The notes beneath the pieces were generated by a model that saw nothing but the letters and a program-made list of their open reading frames with translations, was not told the origin of the DNA and made no database searches. A DNA stretch of 64,000 bases from Actinomycetota bacterium (GTDB lineage: Bacteria; Actinomycetota; UBA4738; HRBIN12): positions 13,902 to 77,901 of the forward strand of contig JBKPKU010000051.1 in the NCBI GenBank assembly GCA_046731295.1, given 5' to 3'. Positions 48,138 through 57,896 of the stretch are shown here, in pieces (position 1 is the first letter of the stretch; the number at the start of each line of letters is the position of its first letter). Made by a program: the position numbers and the translations under genes.

Positions 48138-50621
48138 CTACGCGCCGGTCGAGCCGGTGGGCGCCGTGGCCGAGCCGCCCCCGCCGGATGCCCCCGAGGC
48201 CTGAGCGCGCCGGCCCCGAACGATCGCCATCACCAGCATCATCAGCATGCCGAGCCACGCCAGCGCCGAGAGCGCGATCCCGCGCCCGATCGCGGGCTCC
48301 CGATAGACGAGGCGGACCTGATGGTGGCCCTCGGGGACCGCAACGCCCTGAACGAACCCGTCCACTCGCAGCAGCGGCACCGGACGCCCGTCCAACGTCG
48401 CCGACCATCCCTCGTCCCACGCGTTGCGGACGACCAGGACCGAGGGGTCGGGGGCATCCACGTCGATGCGCACGTCCTCGGGTTCGAGCTCGCGATAGTA
48501 GGCGTGCCCGGCCACGCCGTGCGGGCGGCGCGACAGGCCGGGATCGGCCTCGAGCACGGCCACCCGCGCGGGGTCGAACCGCGGCTCGATGGCCGCGTCC
48601 AGCGCCGCCGAGGCGCTCGGCGCCACCTCCCAGGTCGGGACCAGCGTCGCTCGGGGCTCGGCCCCGACGATCTCGACGAGCCGATAGGCGCCCTCCCGCG
48701 CGACCGTCGGGCCTTCCAGTGTGGGCGGGAGCGTCTCCTCGCGCGTCACGAGGTACCGAGCGCCGAGCAGACGCATCTCGGACAGCGTCGGTACCTGGAT
48801 CACGGCCGCGTTGTAGAAGACCGGGAGCGCGTTGATGCCGTGGATGTAGGACCAGTAGCCGGGGATCTGCACGGGTGAGTAGCCGAGCGTGTCGGGGAGC
48901 TCGAACAGCACCGAGCGCCCGATCAGCAGCGCCGGCCAGTCCGGCGCTTTGCGGGTGAACAGGTACCCCTTGTTGAAATTGGCGTCGGTCGAGATCCACG
49001 CGAGGTAGCGACCGCCGGCGATCCCGTTCCGCCGGAGTGACTGCGCGATCGGTCCCGGTTCCAGGTACGCGTTCAGGTCGACCTCGGGCCAGCGCAGGGG
49101 GGCGGCGACCAGCGCCGGATTGCTCCCGCTCTCCAGGCCGAGGTACACGGTCCCGCCGTGGTACATCGAGGACCACACGGCACCGGCCGCTAGCTCGGCT
49201 CCCAGCACGAGGCAGATCGCAACGGGCGCCCATCGCCGGCCGCGCGCGATGGCCCAGACGACCCCGATCACCGCCGCGGACGCGATCGCGAACACCGTCA
49301 GCCGTCCTACGCGCGCGCCCATCAGCAACGGGAGGGCGAGGAAGACGGCCAGGCCCACGCCGATCCACCGCATCGCCTCGCCGAACGACGGCCGGTGGTG
49401 AAGCATCCAGTGGATGCCGATCGCCCCGAGCACCGGCACGATCAGGAACGCGAGGTAGCGCAGCCGGCCCGGGTTGTGCAGGTAGACGTCGCCGAACGGG
49501 AGCGCCAGCGCGAGCGAACGGAACCAGCCCGCGCCGATCAGCACCGAGCTCGTGAGGACGTACGCGACCGCGAACACGACCCCGAGCGCGACCACGAGGT
49601 ACCGGCGCACCCGGTCGCGCAGCGCGAACGGCACGAACAGCAGGACGGCCGCGCCAAGGTACCCGCCGGGCGTCGACGCAAGCGCGATCGGCCACGCGCC
49701 CCAGATGCCGGTGTCCGGGATCGGGATGTCCTCCTCGCCGGCGGAGATCCGGGCGACGGTGCCGCCGAACGACCCGTATCCGTCGGACAGGCTGGAGCGC
49801 GCGAGCACCGCGAAGCGGGGAACCAGGATCGCGAGGTTCGCGAGCGGCAGGAACGCGAGGAAGCCGATCGAGAGCCACACGGCGGTGAACGTTCGGAGCT
49901 CGCCGCGTCGCACCTCCCGGATCGAGCGCGCGATCACGTACGCGACCGCAAGCCCTGTCGCCATCACCAGCCCATGCGACAGGTGCGACGTCGCGACCTG
50001 CCCCCACGCCAGCGCCGCGAGCGCAAGCCACACGAGGCGCCGCCACCCGCCCGCCGAGAAGAACCCGGACGCGCCCACCAGGACATACGGCGTCCACGCG
50101 AGCGTGCCCGCGAACGGCAGGCTGATCGCAACGATCGACGCCGAGATCGCCATCGCGACCGACAGACCACCCGCGGTCGCGGCGACCCGGCCGAGGCCCT
50201 CCTTGCGCAGGAACCAGAACAGGCCGAGGCCGGACAGGATCGGGTTCAAGACGATGAGCGCCCTGAGGCCGCCACCGCACCCGAACGCCACGGAGGTTCC
50301 CATCGTCGAGAGCGAGAGCCACCCGCTCTGCGGGTCTGCGGCGAACCACGTCCCGGCCATCTCGAACGGGTTCCACAGCGGGACATGCCCCTCCGCCAGG
50401 GCCCGGCCGAGCATGCACGAGCGCGGGAGCCAGAACGACAGGATGTCCGGATGCTGGTCGGTCAGGTGGGCGAGGAACGCGATGCCCCTCAAGGCCAGGA
50501 GCACCGAGCCGATGATCAAAGCCGGGCCTGCGGCGGCGGCGAGCAGCCGCAGGGTCGGGGAGGATGTGGATGTCTGCGGGACAGGTGCAGGGGCGCGAGG
50601 CCGTCGCGTGGCGGTCTCCAT
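48138..50621 (-). CDS. YfhO-like polytopic membrane protein (GT-C-type glycosyltransferase candidate)
   Basis: 827 aa with more than 12 TM segments in the N-terminal two-thirds, a large extracytoplasmic domain and a final TM segment. This is the overall YfhO architecture. Confidence 0.7.
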   Translation of the reverse strand: METATRRPRAPAPVPQTSTSSPTLRLLAAAAGPALIIGSVLLALRGIAFLAHLTDQHPDILSFWLPRSCMLGRALAEGHVPLWNPFEMAGTWFAADPQSGWLSLSTMGTSVAFGCGGGLRALIVLNPILSGLGLFWFLRKEGLGRVAATAGGLSVAMAISASIVAISLPFAGTLAWTPYVLVGASGFFSAGGWRRLVWLALAALAWGQVATSHLSHGLVMATGLAVAYVIARSIREVRRGELRTFTAVWLSIGFLAFLPLANLAILVPRFAVLARSSLSDGYGSFGGTVARISAGEEDIPIPDTGIWGAWPIALASTPGGYLGAAVLLFVPFALRDRVRRYLVVALGVVFAVAYVLTSSVLIGAGWFRSLALALPFGDVYLHNPGRLRYLAFLIVPVLGAIGIHWMLHHRPSFGEAMRWIGVGLAVFLALPLLMGARVGRLTVFAIASAAVIGVVWAIARGRRWAPVAICLVLGAELAAGAVWSSMYHGGTVYLGLESGSNPALVAAPLRWPEVDLNAYLEPGPIAQSLRRNGIAGGRYLAWISTDANFNKGYLFTRKAPDWPALLIGRSVLFELPDTLGYSPVQIPGYWSYIHGINALPVFYNAAVIQVPTLSEMRLLGARYLVTREETLPPTLEGPTVAREGAYRLVEIVGAEPRATLVPTWEVAPSASAALDAAIEPRFDPARVAVLEADPGLSRRPHGVAGHAYYRELEPEDVRIDVDAPDPSVLVVRNAWDEGWSATLDGRPVPLLRVDGFVQGVAVPEGHHQVRLVYREPAIGRGIALSALAWLGMLMMLVMAIVRGRRAQASGASGGGGSATAPTGSTGA

Positions 50622-50724
50622 CGCCTCAGGCTACCGAGGGCGCTTGGTTCCTGTTGACCAGGGGGTCTGCTAGACTTCGCGCCGGTTCGGCCCCGCAAAC
50701 CACTCGGACCATCCAGGACCCCAC

Positions 50725-51402
50725 ATGATCAGTCTTCAGCATGTCACGAAGGTCTACAGGAACGGCACGACGGCGCTGGAAGACGTCACCGTCGAGGTCG
50801 AGAAGGGCGAGTTCGTCTTCATCGTCGGGCAGTCCGGCTCGGGCAAGAGCACGTTCATCCGCCTCCTGCTGAAGGAGGAGGAGGCGTCCAAGGGCGACAT
50901 CTACGTCGCCGGCAAGAACCTCGCCAGGCTCACCACCTGGAAGGTCCCGCACCTGCGACGGAACATCGGAACCGTGTTCCAGGACTTCAAGCTCCTGCCG
51001 GACAAGACGGTGTTCGAGAACGTCGCGTTCGCACTGGAAGTGATCGGCAAGCCCAAGCACGTGATCGATCAGCGCGTGCCCGAGATCCTCGAGCTCGTCG
51101 GACTGGGAGACAAGCTCAACGACTTCCCGGACGAGCTGTCAGGCGGCGAGCAACAGCGTGTTTCGATCGCCCGCGCCTGCGTGAACCGTCCGCTCGTGCT
51201 GCTGGCCGACGAGCCGACCGGCAACCTCGACCCATCGACATCGGTCGAGATCATGCGGCTGCTCGACAAGGTCAACCGGATCGGCACCACGGTCGTGATG
51301 GCCACGCACGACCAAGCCATCGTCGACGCGATGCGCCGCCGCGTGATCGAGCTGGAGAAGGGCCACGTCGTCCGCGACCAGGCCCGGGGGGTGTACAGCT
51401 AG
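50725..51402 (+). CDS. ftsE: Cell-division ABC ATPase FtsE
   Basis: [34 protein letters not shown]. Confidence 0.95.
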   Translation: MISLQHVTKVYRNGTTALEDVTVEVEKGEFVFIVGQSGSGKSTFIRLLLKEEEASKGDIYVAGKNLARLTTWKVPHLRRNIGTVFQDFKLLPDKTVFENVAFALEVIGKPKHVIDQRVPEILELVGLGDKLNDFPDELSGGEQQRVSIARACVNRPLVLLADEPTGNLDPSTSVEIMRLLDKVNRIGTTVVMATHDQAIVDAMRRRVIELEKGHVVRDQARGVYS

Positions 51403-52278
51403 GTGGCGCGGTTCGAGTACCTGTTCCGCGAGACCACGTCGGGTCTGCGACGGAACGGCCTGGTCGCGTTCGCCGCGATCTCCACCACGTTCATCGCGCT
51501 GTTCCTGTTCGGGCTGTCGCTGCTAATCTCGCGCCAGGTGAGCCTGATGATCGAGGCTACCACCGGCAACGTCGAGGTCGCCGTATACCTGACCGACCCG
51601 GTGAACCTGGACAACGTCCAGTCGCTCACCAACACGCTGAACGAGCTCCCGGTGGTCGCCGACGTGCACTACGAGAACAAGCAGGAGGCGTGCGAGCGGT
51701 TCCAACGCCTGTTCGCCGAGCAACCGGCGCTGGTCAACAACGTGGACTGCGACGCCCTGCCGGCCTCGCTCCGCGTCAAGATGGAGGACCCGGAGCAGTA
51801 CGCGCAGGTGCAGGCCGTCCTGAAGGGTCAACCGGGGATCGAGCAGATCGTGGACCAGAGCGCGTTCCTGGACCGGCTGTTCGCGGTCACCAGGGTGTTC
51901 CGCGTGGGCGTCCTGCTGGTTGCGTTCGTGATGCTGGTCTCGGCGTCGATCCTGATCGCCAACACTGTTCGAATGGGGCTGTTCGCAAGGCGCAAGGAGA
52001 TCGGGATCATGAAGCTCGTCGGGGCGACCAACTGGCGCATCCGGATGCCGTTCCTGGTCGAGGGGCTTTTCGAGAGCCTGATCGGCGCGGTGGCCGCGAT
52101 CCTGTTCCTGTTCGCCATCAAAGTGGCGTTCATCAACCCGCTCAACGAGTCGGTCCAGTTCATCCCATGGATCGTGAACCGGGACGTGATCGCGATCATC
52201 CCGATCCTGCTGGTGGCGGGCGCCATCGTGGCGCTCCTGGCCGGTCTGGTCGGGATGCGCCGCTTCCTCGACGTCTGA
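51403..52278 (+). CDS. ftsX: Cell-division permease-like protein FtsX
   Basis: The GTG start directly follows the ftsE stop. It has an N-terminal TM segment, a periplasmic domain, three C-terminal TM segments and EIGIMKLVGATNWRIR. Confidence 0.9.
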   Translation: MARFEYLFRETTSGLRRNGLVAFAAISTTFIALFLFGLSLLISRQVSLMIEATTGNVEVAVYLTDPVNLDNVQSLTNTLNELPVVADVHYENKQEACERFQRLFAEQPALVNNVDCDALPASLRVKMEDPEQYAQVQAVLKGQPGIEQIVDQSAFLDRLFAVTRVFRVGVLLVAFVMLVSASILIANTVRMGLFARRKEIGIMKLVGATNWRIRMPFLVEGLFESLIGAVAAILFLFAIKVAFINPLNESVQFIPWIVNRDVIAIIPILLVAGAIVALLAGLVGMRRFLDV

Positions 52279-52316
52279 CGGACCATCGCACCCTCCACCG
52301 GTAGGGTGGGTGGGCC

Positions 52317-52793
52317 ATGAGCCCAAAGGCCGATCCCGCCGGACAGAAGACCGTCGTCTCGAACCGCCGCGCGCGGCACGACTACGAGATCCTGGAGCGC
52401 TTCGAGACCGGCATCGTGCTTTCCGGCGCGGAGGTCAAGTCGCTGCGCGGCGGCCATGGCTCCCTAGCCGAGGCGTTCGCCCGCGTTCGGGACGGGGAGG
52501 TCTGGCTCGAGGGGATGCACATCCCGCCGTACGCGCAGGCGGCGGACAGGTCCCGATACCAGCCAACGAGGCCCCGCAAGCTCCTGCTCCATCGAAAGGA
52601 GATCGAGCGGTTGGTCGGCAAGGCCGCCGAGCGCGGTCTGGCGCTCGTGCCGATGCGCATGTACTTCGCGCACGGGCTGGCCAAGGTCGAGCTCGGGCTG
52701 GGGCGTGGCAAGCGGCAGTTCGAGAAGCGCCAGGCGATCGCCGAGCGCGAGCACCGTCGCGAGATGGAGCGCGAGGCCGGACGCCGTCGGTAG
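52317..52793 (+). CDS. smpB: SsrA-binding protein SmpB
   Basis: NRRARHDYEILERFETGIVLSGAEVKSLR...LLLHRKEI... Confidence 0.95.
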   Translation: MSPKADPAGQKTVVSNRRARHDYEILERFETGIVLSGAEVKSLRGGHGSLAEAFARVRDGEVWLEGMHIPPYAQAADRSRYQPTRPRKLLLHRKEIERLVGKAAERGLALVPMRMYFAHGLAKVELGLGRGKRQFEKRQAIAEREHRREMEREAGRRR

Positions 52794-52823
52794 GCCCGTA
52801 TACTCTCGGTCACAACCGCATAT

Positions 52824-53177
52824 GGGGGTGTACTGGCTTCGATCTGGACGGATGCCGTTCAGGAGAAGCGGGCCGAGGTCCCCGGATGCCTCGTTAAAAG
52901 CCGGGACAAACACAAGCGCCGATTCTGAATACGCGCTCGCTGCCTAGGTAGCTAGGTAGCCGTCCCCTCCGGGTCGCCTGCGACCGGAGGATGGGCGTCG
53001 TGAGCAGGCTCACGGATGTGGCTCCGCCCGGGGGCCGCCGCCGGACACCGCACCCGGGCTGGCCGAGAGGTGCTCCGCCGGCGGGAGCCTCGAGGCGAGA
53101 TCGATCCGCCGGCTGCGCCCGGAGAAGCCCTGAGCGGTCGCCCAGAGACAGGGGTTCGAATCCCCTCACCTCCACCA
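52824..53177 (+). ncRNA. ssrA: tmRNA (SsrA)
   Basis: 5' GGGGGUG pairs with CACCUCC-ACCA at the 3' end, including the G3:U wobble. The T-arm is GGGGTTCGAATCCCC. The tag frame ...GCC GAT TCT GAA TAC GCG CTC GCT GCC TAG encodes ADSEYALAA. CGGAGAAGCCCTGAG is similar to the mycobacterial tmRNA I recall. It lies immediately downstream of smpB. Confidence 0.9.
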
Positions 53178-53185
53178 ACATCTGG

Positions 53186-54265
53186 ATGATTACCGACCAC
53201 GACATCGCCCGGTGGCGACTCCGTAACCAGCAGCTGGTGCATCCGCACGCGGACACCGTTACCGACGCCATCGGCAACCTGCTCGCGGTCCAGGCCGAGA
53301 ACCCGGGCCAGTCTGCGTGGGCGGTGGCTTCGCGGACCGGTCATGCCTCCGGGGCCGACGTCCGAGCCGCACTCAAGGACGGGCGAGTGATCAGAACCCA
53401 CGTACTCCGACCGACGTGGCACTACGTCCTCGGCGAAGACATCGGATGGCTGCTCGAGCTGACCGCTCCCAGGGTGCTGCAGGTCACGGCGAAGCAGTTG
53501 CATGCCGCCCACGGGGTCGACGATCGCGAGGTCAAACGACTCATGTCGGCGGTCGTCGACATCCTCGGAGAGAACCCCGATCTCACTCGTGGGCAGATCG
53601 CCGAGGCTCTGGGCGAGCGTGGACCCGTTAGGGGAACCGGGTTGATGACGATCCTGCTCGCACACCTCGAGCTCAATCGACTCGTCTGCAGCGGCCGCCC
53701 GGTCGAGGACGAACACACCTACGCCCTGTTCGCCGATCGCGTGCCCGAGCCCCGTCGGCTGGACCGGGTCGACGCGCTCGGCGAGCTCGCCCTTCGCTAC
53801 TTCTCCGGACACGGGCCGGCGACCGAACGCGACCTGGCCTACTGGGCGACACTCACCCTCACCGATGTCCGGCGGGGCCTGAACCTCGTCCGCGAGCGGC
53901 TCGCCTCGTTCGAGCACGATGGCAGGACCTTCTGGCACGCGCCGGGTGATCCGCCTCGGCGAGCGGCGGAACCGGCGGCTCACCTGCTACAGATCCTCGA
54001 TGAGATGTACCGGGGGTATCAGGAGACGCGCTGGGTGCTCGATCCTGCGGGCATCGTGCCGCGTGTGCGCGAGTCCTCCATCGGGATGGCTCTCGTCGAC
54101 GCTCAGCTGCTCGCGGCCTTGCGGCGGACGGTCACCGGCGATCGCGTGGTGTTCGAGCTCGCTCCGTATCGGACCCTGAAGCCGAGGGAGACGGCCGCCC
54201 TGCGGCGTGCCGCGGAACGGTACGGCGAGTACCTCGGTTTGCAGCCGAGGCTGGAACTGTCGTGA
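53186..54265 (+). CDS. Winged-helix DNA-binding domain protein of the YcaQ/DUF1006 type (interstrand-crosslink DNA glycosylase family)
   Basis: IARWRLRNQQL...LLAVQAENPGQSAWAVASR...VIRTHVLRPTWHYVLGEDIGWLL. The ATG lies 9 nt after the tmRNA CCA end and has no SD sequence. Confidence 0.72.
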   Translation: MITDHDIARWRLRNQQLVHPHADTVTDAIGNLLAVQAENPGQSAWAVASRTGHASGADVRAALKDGRVIRTHVLRPTWHYVLGEDIGWLLELTAPRVLQVTAKQLHAAHGVDDREVKRLMSAVVDILGENPDLTRGQIAEALGERGPVRGTGLMTILLAHLELNRLVCSGRPVEDEHTYALFADRVPEPRRLDRVDALGELALRYFSGHGPATERDLAYWATLTLTDVRRGLNLVRERLASFEHDGRTFWHAPGDPPRRAAEPAAHLLQILDEMYRGYQETRWVLDPAGIVPRVRESSIGMALVDAQLLAALRRTVTGDRVVFELAPYRTLKPRETAALRRAAERYGEYLGLQPRLELS

Positions 54266-54338
54266 CCCGATGGGAGTGGGCAGCTCGCGATGCCTTCATC
54301 GAAGGCTTCCGCGCGGGAAGGTCTTTGCCGCCGCCAGC

Positions 54339-54356
54339 GATGCCTCCGGAGGCATC
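54339..54356. terminator. 18-bp perfect palindrome between convergent genes
   Basis: GATGCCTCC|GGAGGCATC. Confidence 0.35.
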
Positions 54357-54442
54357 GGGCGCCCGGCAACAACCTCCCCGCCGGTTCCGATACCAAAGAC
54401 GTCATCGCCTTCGAGGAAAACGCAAGGTCGCGTTCGGGTTCC

Positions 54443-54847
54443 TTAGTTGCGGATCTCGGCGACAGGTCCCTCCGCCCGAACGGCGAGCACATCGCCGGTA
54501 GTAGCGGCTCTCTCGGCGACCACCACGATCGGGATCGCGCGACCGTAGAGCTCTCGGGCCACGATCGCCCCGAGCGCGAGGATCGGGTCGGGTTCGGAAA
54601 GCACGATCGCGGCCGGAGCGGTTCCCGCCCGCACGGTCTCGGCGAGCACGCTCGACGAGGAACTCGAGCCGCGCCCGGACGGCATCACGAGGACGCGCCC
54701 GGCGACGCTCGCGCCGCGCTGAGGGTGCCGGACGTCGATCACCTCGCCGTTCGCCGGATCGACGCCGCCCCAGAACGAGAGCGGCTCGTCCAGGACGAGG
54801 ACCTCGCCCTCTGCGGTGCCGGCGACGAGCGTTCGGCCCTCAGCCAT
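54443..54847 (-). CDS. Aconitase X swivel-domain subunit (DUF126)
   Basis: EGEVLVLDEPLSFWGGVDPANGEVID...GRVLVMPSGRGSSSSSSVL...APAAIVL. It overlaps the upstream gene by 8 nt. Confidence 0.8.
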   Translation of the reverse strand: MAEGRTLVAGTAEGEVLVLDEPLSFWGGVDPANGEVIDVRHPQRGASVAGRVLVMPSGRGSSSSSSVLAETVRAGTAPAAIVLSEPDPILALGAIVARELYGRAIPIVVVAERAATTGDVLAVRAEGPVAEIRN

Positions 54848-56099
54848 CGGCCCACAGGGACTCGTCTCGCACGACCCGGCCGGCAGTCGCCGATTCGACG
54901 CACTCCTCGAGCCCGCCGATCACGACGTCCACGCCGATGTTGGCCGGCGCGTACCACGCCCACTTGCCCGAGTCGGTCATGACCGGCCCGCCTCCGGCAT
55001 CCATGATCGGCGTGAGGTAGGTGCAGGTGTCCGTCACGATCTCGACGCCCACAGCCGTGAGCGCCGAGACCCACCCGCGGCGTTCGGCCTCCGCGAGGAC
55101 GTCTCGGGACGTGTTCACGTAGAAGGGCACGACGGGTTGGCGATCGTCGAGCAGGCCGGCCAGCCGCTCGAGCTCGGCCAGCGAGGCGTGCGGCGTGCCG
55201 ATGCTCACCGCGCCCAGCGCGTCGCCGTTCGTCGTCGCGAGCTCGTGGCGAGCGGCCCGGAGCCTCGAGGGCGTCGCCACGACCTCCGGGAACTCACTGC
55301 CGCCGGTCGCGGAATCCAGCGTCGGCGCTTCCGGCGTGATGCCCACCGCGTGGAACATCCCGACCGAACCCGACGACGCCGCGGCCGCCCCGAGCGCCTT
55401 CAGGCGGTCCTCGTTCGTGCCCGCCGGCAGACCATCGATCGCGGCCACCTCGGCCCCCGCCTCCCTCCCGAGCACGTGGCCGAGCACCGGGAACAGCGCG
55501 TCCGAGTCGAGCAGCCGAGCCGACACGCCGTCCAGCCGCAGCACCAGCCGGGCCCGTCGCTCCGCGTCCAGGTGGAACCCCGCCAGCGGCGCCCGGCCCG
55601 TGATCGCGGCGCAGATGTCGATGAAGTCGCCGTAGCGGTTCGTCCGGGCGCCCAGCACCGAGTTGCAGAACACGATCGCGTTCGACTCGGCCCACGCCAC
55701 ATGCTGGCCTAAGGCCGGTCGCTCGGGCAGCTGATACGGAGCGCAGGTCCACGTCGGCCGGCAGCCCATCGCCACGTACAGGTCCATCTGGCGGCGGGCG
55801 TTCGCGAGCGTCTCGGCGCCTCCCCGCTGCCGCTCTGGGTGCAGGAGATCGAGCAGGGCGACGTTCAGCGTCGTCGGGACCGAGACGCGCGCCCCGCCCG
55901 AGACCAGCCGCTCGGCGAACTCGAGCCCGGCGAGGCCGTGGTACAGGCACCCGTCGACGTGGGCGGAGACGACGTCGATCAGCCGTTCGGCGCCCATGAC
56001 CTCGGCAGTCTCGACGAGGATCCGCATCGCGAGCGCGGCCGCCTCGCCGTCGTCGCCCTCCAGGCGCGACCGGTCGGCCTCGGTGAGCTCGACCGGCAC
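54840..56099 (-). CDS. Aconitase X catalytic subunit (DUF521)
   Basis: AMRILVETAEVMGAERLIDVVSAHVDGCLY...WTCAPYQ...AWAESNAIVFCNSVLGARTNRYGDF... Confidence 0.85.
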   Translation of the reverse strand: MPVELTEADRSRLEGDDGEAAALAMRILVETAEVMGAERLIDVVSAHVDGCLYHGLAGLEFAERLVSGGARVSVPTTLNVALLDLLHPERQRGGAETLANARRQMDLYVAMGCRPTWTCAPYQLPERPALGQHVAWAESNAIVFCNSVLGARTNRYGDFIDICAAITGRAPLAGFHLDAERRARLVLRLDGVSARLLDSDALFPVLGHVLGREAGAEVAAIDGLPAGTNEDRLKALGAAAASSGSVGMFHAVGITPEAPTLDSATGGSEFPEVVATPSRLRAARHELATTNGDALGAVSIGTPHASLAELERLAGLLDDRQPVVPFYVNTSRDVLAEAERRGWVSALTAVGVEIVTDTCTYLTPIMDAGGGPVMTDSGKWAWYAPANIGVDVVIGGLEECVESATAGRVVRDESLWADG

Positions 56100-56108
56100 G
56101 GACGGACG

Positions 56109-57290
56109 CTAGGCCTTCGCGGCCCGTTCGAAGATCGGCAGCGCCCGCTCGACCATCTCGTCGTTGCCGGTCACCGAGATGCGGAACCGCCCGGGCATCT
56201 CGACGACCGTGCCGGGTAGGACGAACACTTTGTCCTCGCCCAGGCGCTCGACGAAGGCCTGATCGTCCGAATCCGGGCTCGCGGGCAGGAGGTAGAACGA
56301 CCCCTCGGGCGAGTGGAGGTCGTAGCCGTACGAGCGGAGCTCGTCCACCAGGCGGTCGCGGCGCCGCTGGAGCGCCTTGACGTCGACGCTCATGTGATCG
56401 ATCTCGCCCATCGCCCGCTGAAGGACGTTGTTCGGCGCGGCGTGGCCGCCGTAGGTGAGCTGCGCGAGCATCAGCGCCTCGCGCATCGGCTCGGGGTCGG
56501 GCATCTCCGGCGGGAGCGCGATGTAGCCGCAGCGCTGTCCGGGCGTGAGGAGCTGCTTCGCGTACGTGTAGACGAGGAACGAGTTCGGATAGAACTCGGT
56601 CGGGCTGGGGAACGCGCGGTCGTCGAAGACGATCCGCGAGTAGGCCTCATCCGAGATCAGGTAGATCGGCCGCCCGATGCGTTCGGACGCGCGCGTCAGG
56701 ACGTCCGAGAGCGCCTGCAGGGTCTCGGGCGGGTAGATCTTGCCGCTCGGATTGTTGGGCGAGTTCACGATGATCGCCGACGTTCGTTCGGTGATCGCGG
56801 CCTCGATCGCCAGCACGTCAAGGTCCCAGGTCTCGTAGTCGACGGGGACGCGGACCGGCGCCGCGTCGCCGCCCACGATGATGGCCTCGTAGAAGAACCA
56901 CGGCGGCGTGAGGTAGACGACCTCGTCGCCCGGGTCGGTCACGGTTCGGATGCAGAGGTTCAGGCCGGCGAACGCGCCGTCGGTCAAAAGGATGTCCGCG
57001 GCCTCGAACGGCACACCCCGCCGCTCACGGAGCCCGGCGGCCGCGGCCTCCTGCGCGTACGGCTCGTTGAACTTGTAGGCGTACCAGTCCTTGTCCTGCG
57101 GGACCGTCCAGCGCTGGAGTGACTCGATGTACTCGGGCAGCGCCATCTCCTGTGGGTTGCCGGCCACGAAGTCGCAGTTCTCGGGGTCGGTCGGATCTCG
57201 CCTGGACCACGCGCCCTGCGTGAAGAACCGCATCAACGGTTCCTCGATCGCGCGGATCCGCTGCATGCTCGTCGAGAAGCGGTGCGTCAT
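56109..57290 (-). CDS. Class I/II pyridoxal-phosphate-dependent aminotransferase
   Basis: Start MTHRFSTSM at 57290 is preceded by GGAGGAG. It shows IIVNSPNNPSGKIY...ISDEAYSRIVF...YTYAKQLL (Schiff-base Lys region)...GRFRIS. The track ORF to 57896 is an extension. Confidence 0.85.
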   Translation of the reverse strand: MTHRFSTSMQRIRAIEEPLMRFFTQGAWSRRDPTDPENCDFVAGNPQEMALPEYIESLQRWTVPQDKDWYAYKFNEPYAQEAAAAGLRERRGVPFEAADILLTDGAFAGLNLCIRTVTDPGDEVVYLTPPWFFYEAIIVGGDAAPVRVPVDYETWDLDVLAIEAAITERTSAIIVNSPNNPSGKIYPPETLQALSDVLTRASERIGRPIYLISDEAYSRIVFDDRAFPSPTEFYPNSFLVYTYAKQLLTPGQRCGYIALPPEMPDPEPMREALMLAQLTYGGHAAPNNVLQRAMGEIDHMSVDVKALQRRRDRLVDELRSYGYDLHSPEGSFYLLPASPDSDDQAFVERLGEDKVFVLPGTVVEMPGRFRISVTGNDEMVERALPIFERAAKA

Positions 57291-57461
57291 CCGGGCTCCT
57301 CCGTCGTGCGCTCGGGTTGCCGTGGTGCGCACCCTATCACCGGGCATGTGAGCCACCAGGTGAGGGGTGTCCAGAGCTGGGTCCCTGATGGCATCCATCG
57401 ACCATCTGCTGGTCAGCCGGGTCGGGGCACTCCATGACGTCGAGATGTACCGTCTCCAGGG

Positions 57462-57881
57462 ATGAGCGATACGCGAGTGGATGGACAAGAGAACCTCGAG
57501 ATCGTCGTGCTCGATTACCTGGGCGCCATCCGCACGGGCGACGGGGAAGCCATCCGGGCGGTGCTCGATCCCGACGTTACGTGGCAGGGTCTTCATGAGG
57601 ACTGGGTCTGCAACGGACCTGATGAAGTGATCGAGACATTGCGACAGGAACGCCAGCTGCGTCGCGATGTCGCCGCGTTGGAGTTCATCCGAGCCGGCGA
57701 CCGGGTGCTCATGGGTGTCCGAGGGCCAGCACTCGATGAGGTCGGAGGCGAACCGCTGAACGGACAGATCTTCAACGTCTTCACGTTGAGCAACGGAAAG
57801 ATCGTCCGCATCGAAGACCATCGCCTTCGATCGGAGGCTCTCGGGTCCGCCGGGTTGGATATCGACGCCGGCTGGCGATAG
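57462..57881 (+). CDS. SnoaL/NTF2-like fold small protein
   Basis: 139 aa with VVLDYLGAIRTGDGEAIRAVLDPDVTWQG...IFNVFTLSNGKIVRIEDH, as in NTF2-like proteins. Confidence 0.6.
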   Translation: MSDTRVDGQENLEIVVLDYLGAIRTGDGEAIRAVLDPDVTWQGLHEDWVCNGPDEVIETLRQERQLRRDVAALEFIRAGDRVLMGVRGPALDEVGGEPLNGQIFNVFTLSNGKIVRIEDHRLRSEALGSAGLDIDAGWR

Positions 57882-57896
57882 CCGCGCAGGGCCCAA

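Noticed and set aside
50640-50680. TTGACC...TAGACT as the ftsE promoter
   Set aside because: The two hexamers are only 11 nt apart, too short for a sigma-70-type -35/-10 pair.
54262-54501. 79-aa ORF with a GTGA overlap to the YcaQ-like stop
   Set aside because: After about 25 plausible residues, the product becomes Arg/Pro-rich. Its 3' end runs antisense into the DUF126 gene, and there is no supporting motif. It is more likely a convergent-terminator spacer containing the 18-bp palindrome.
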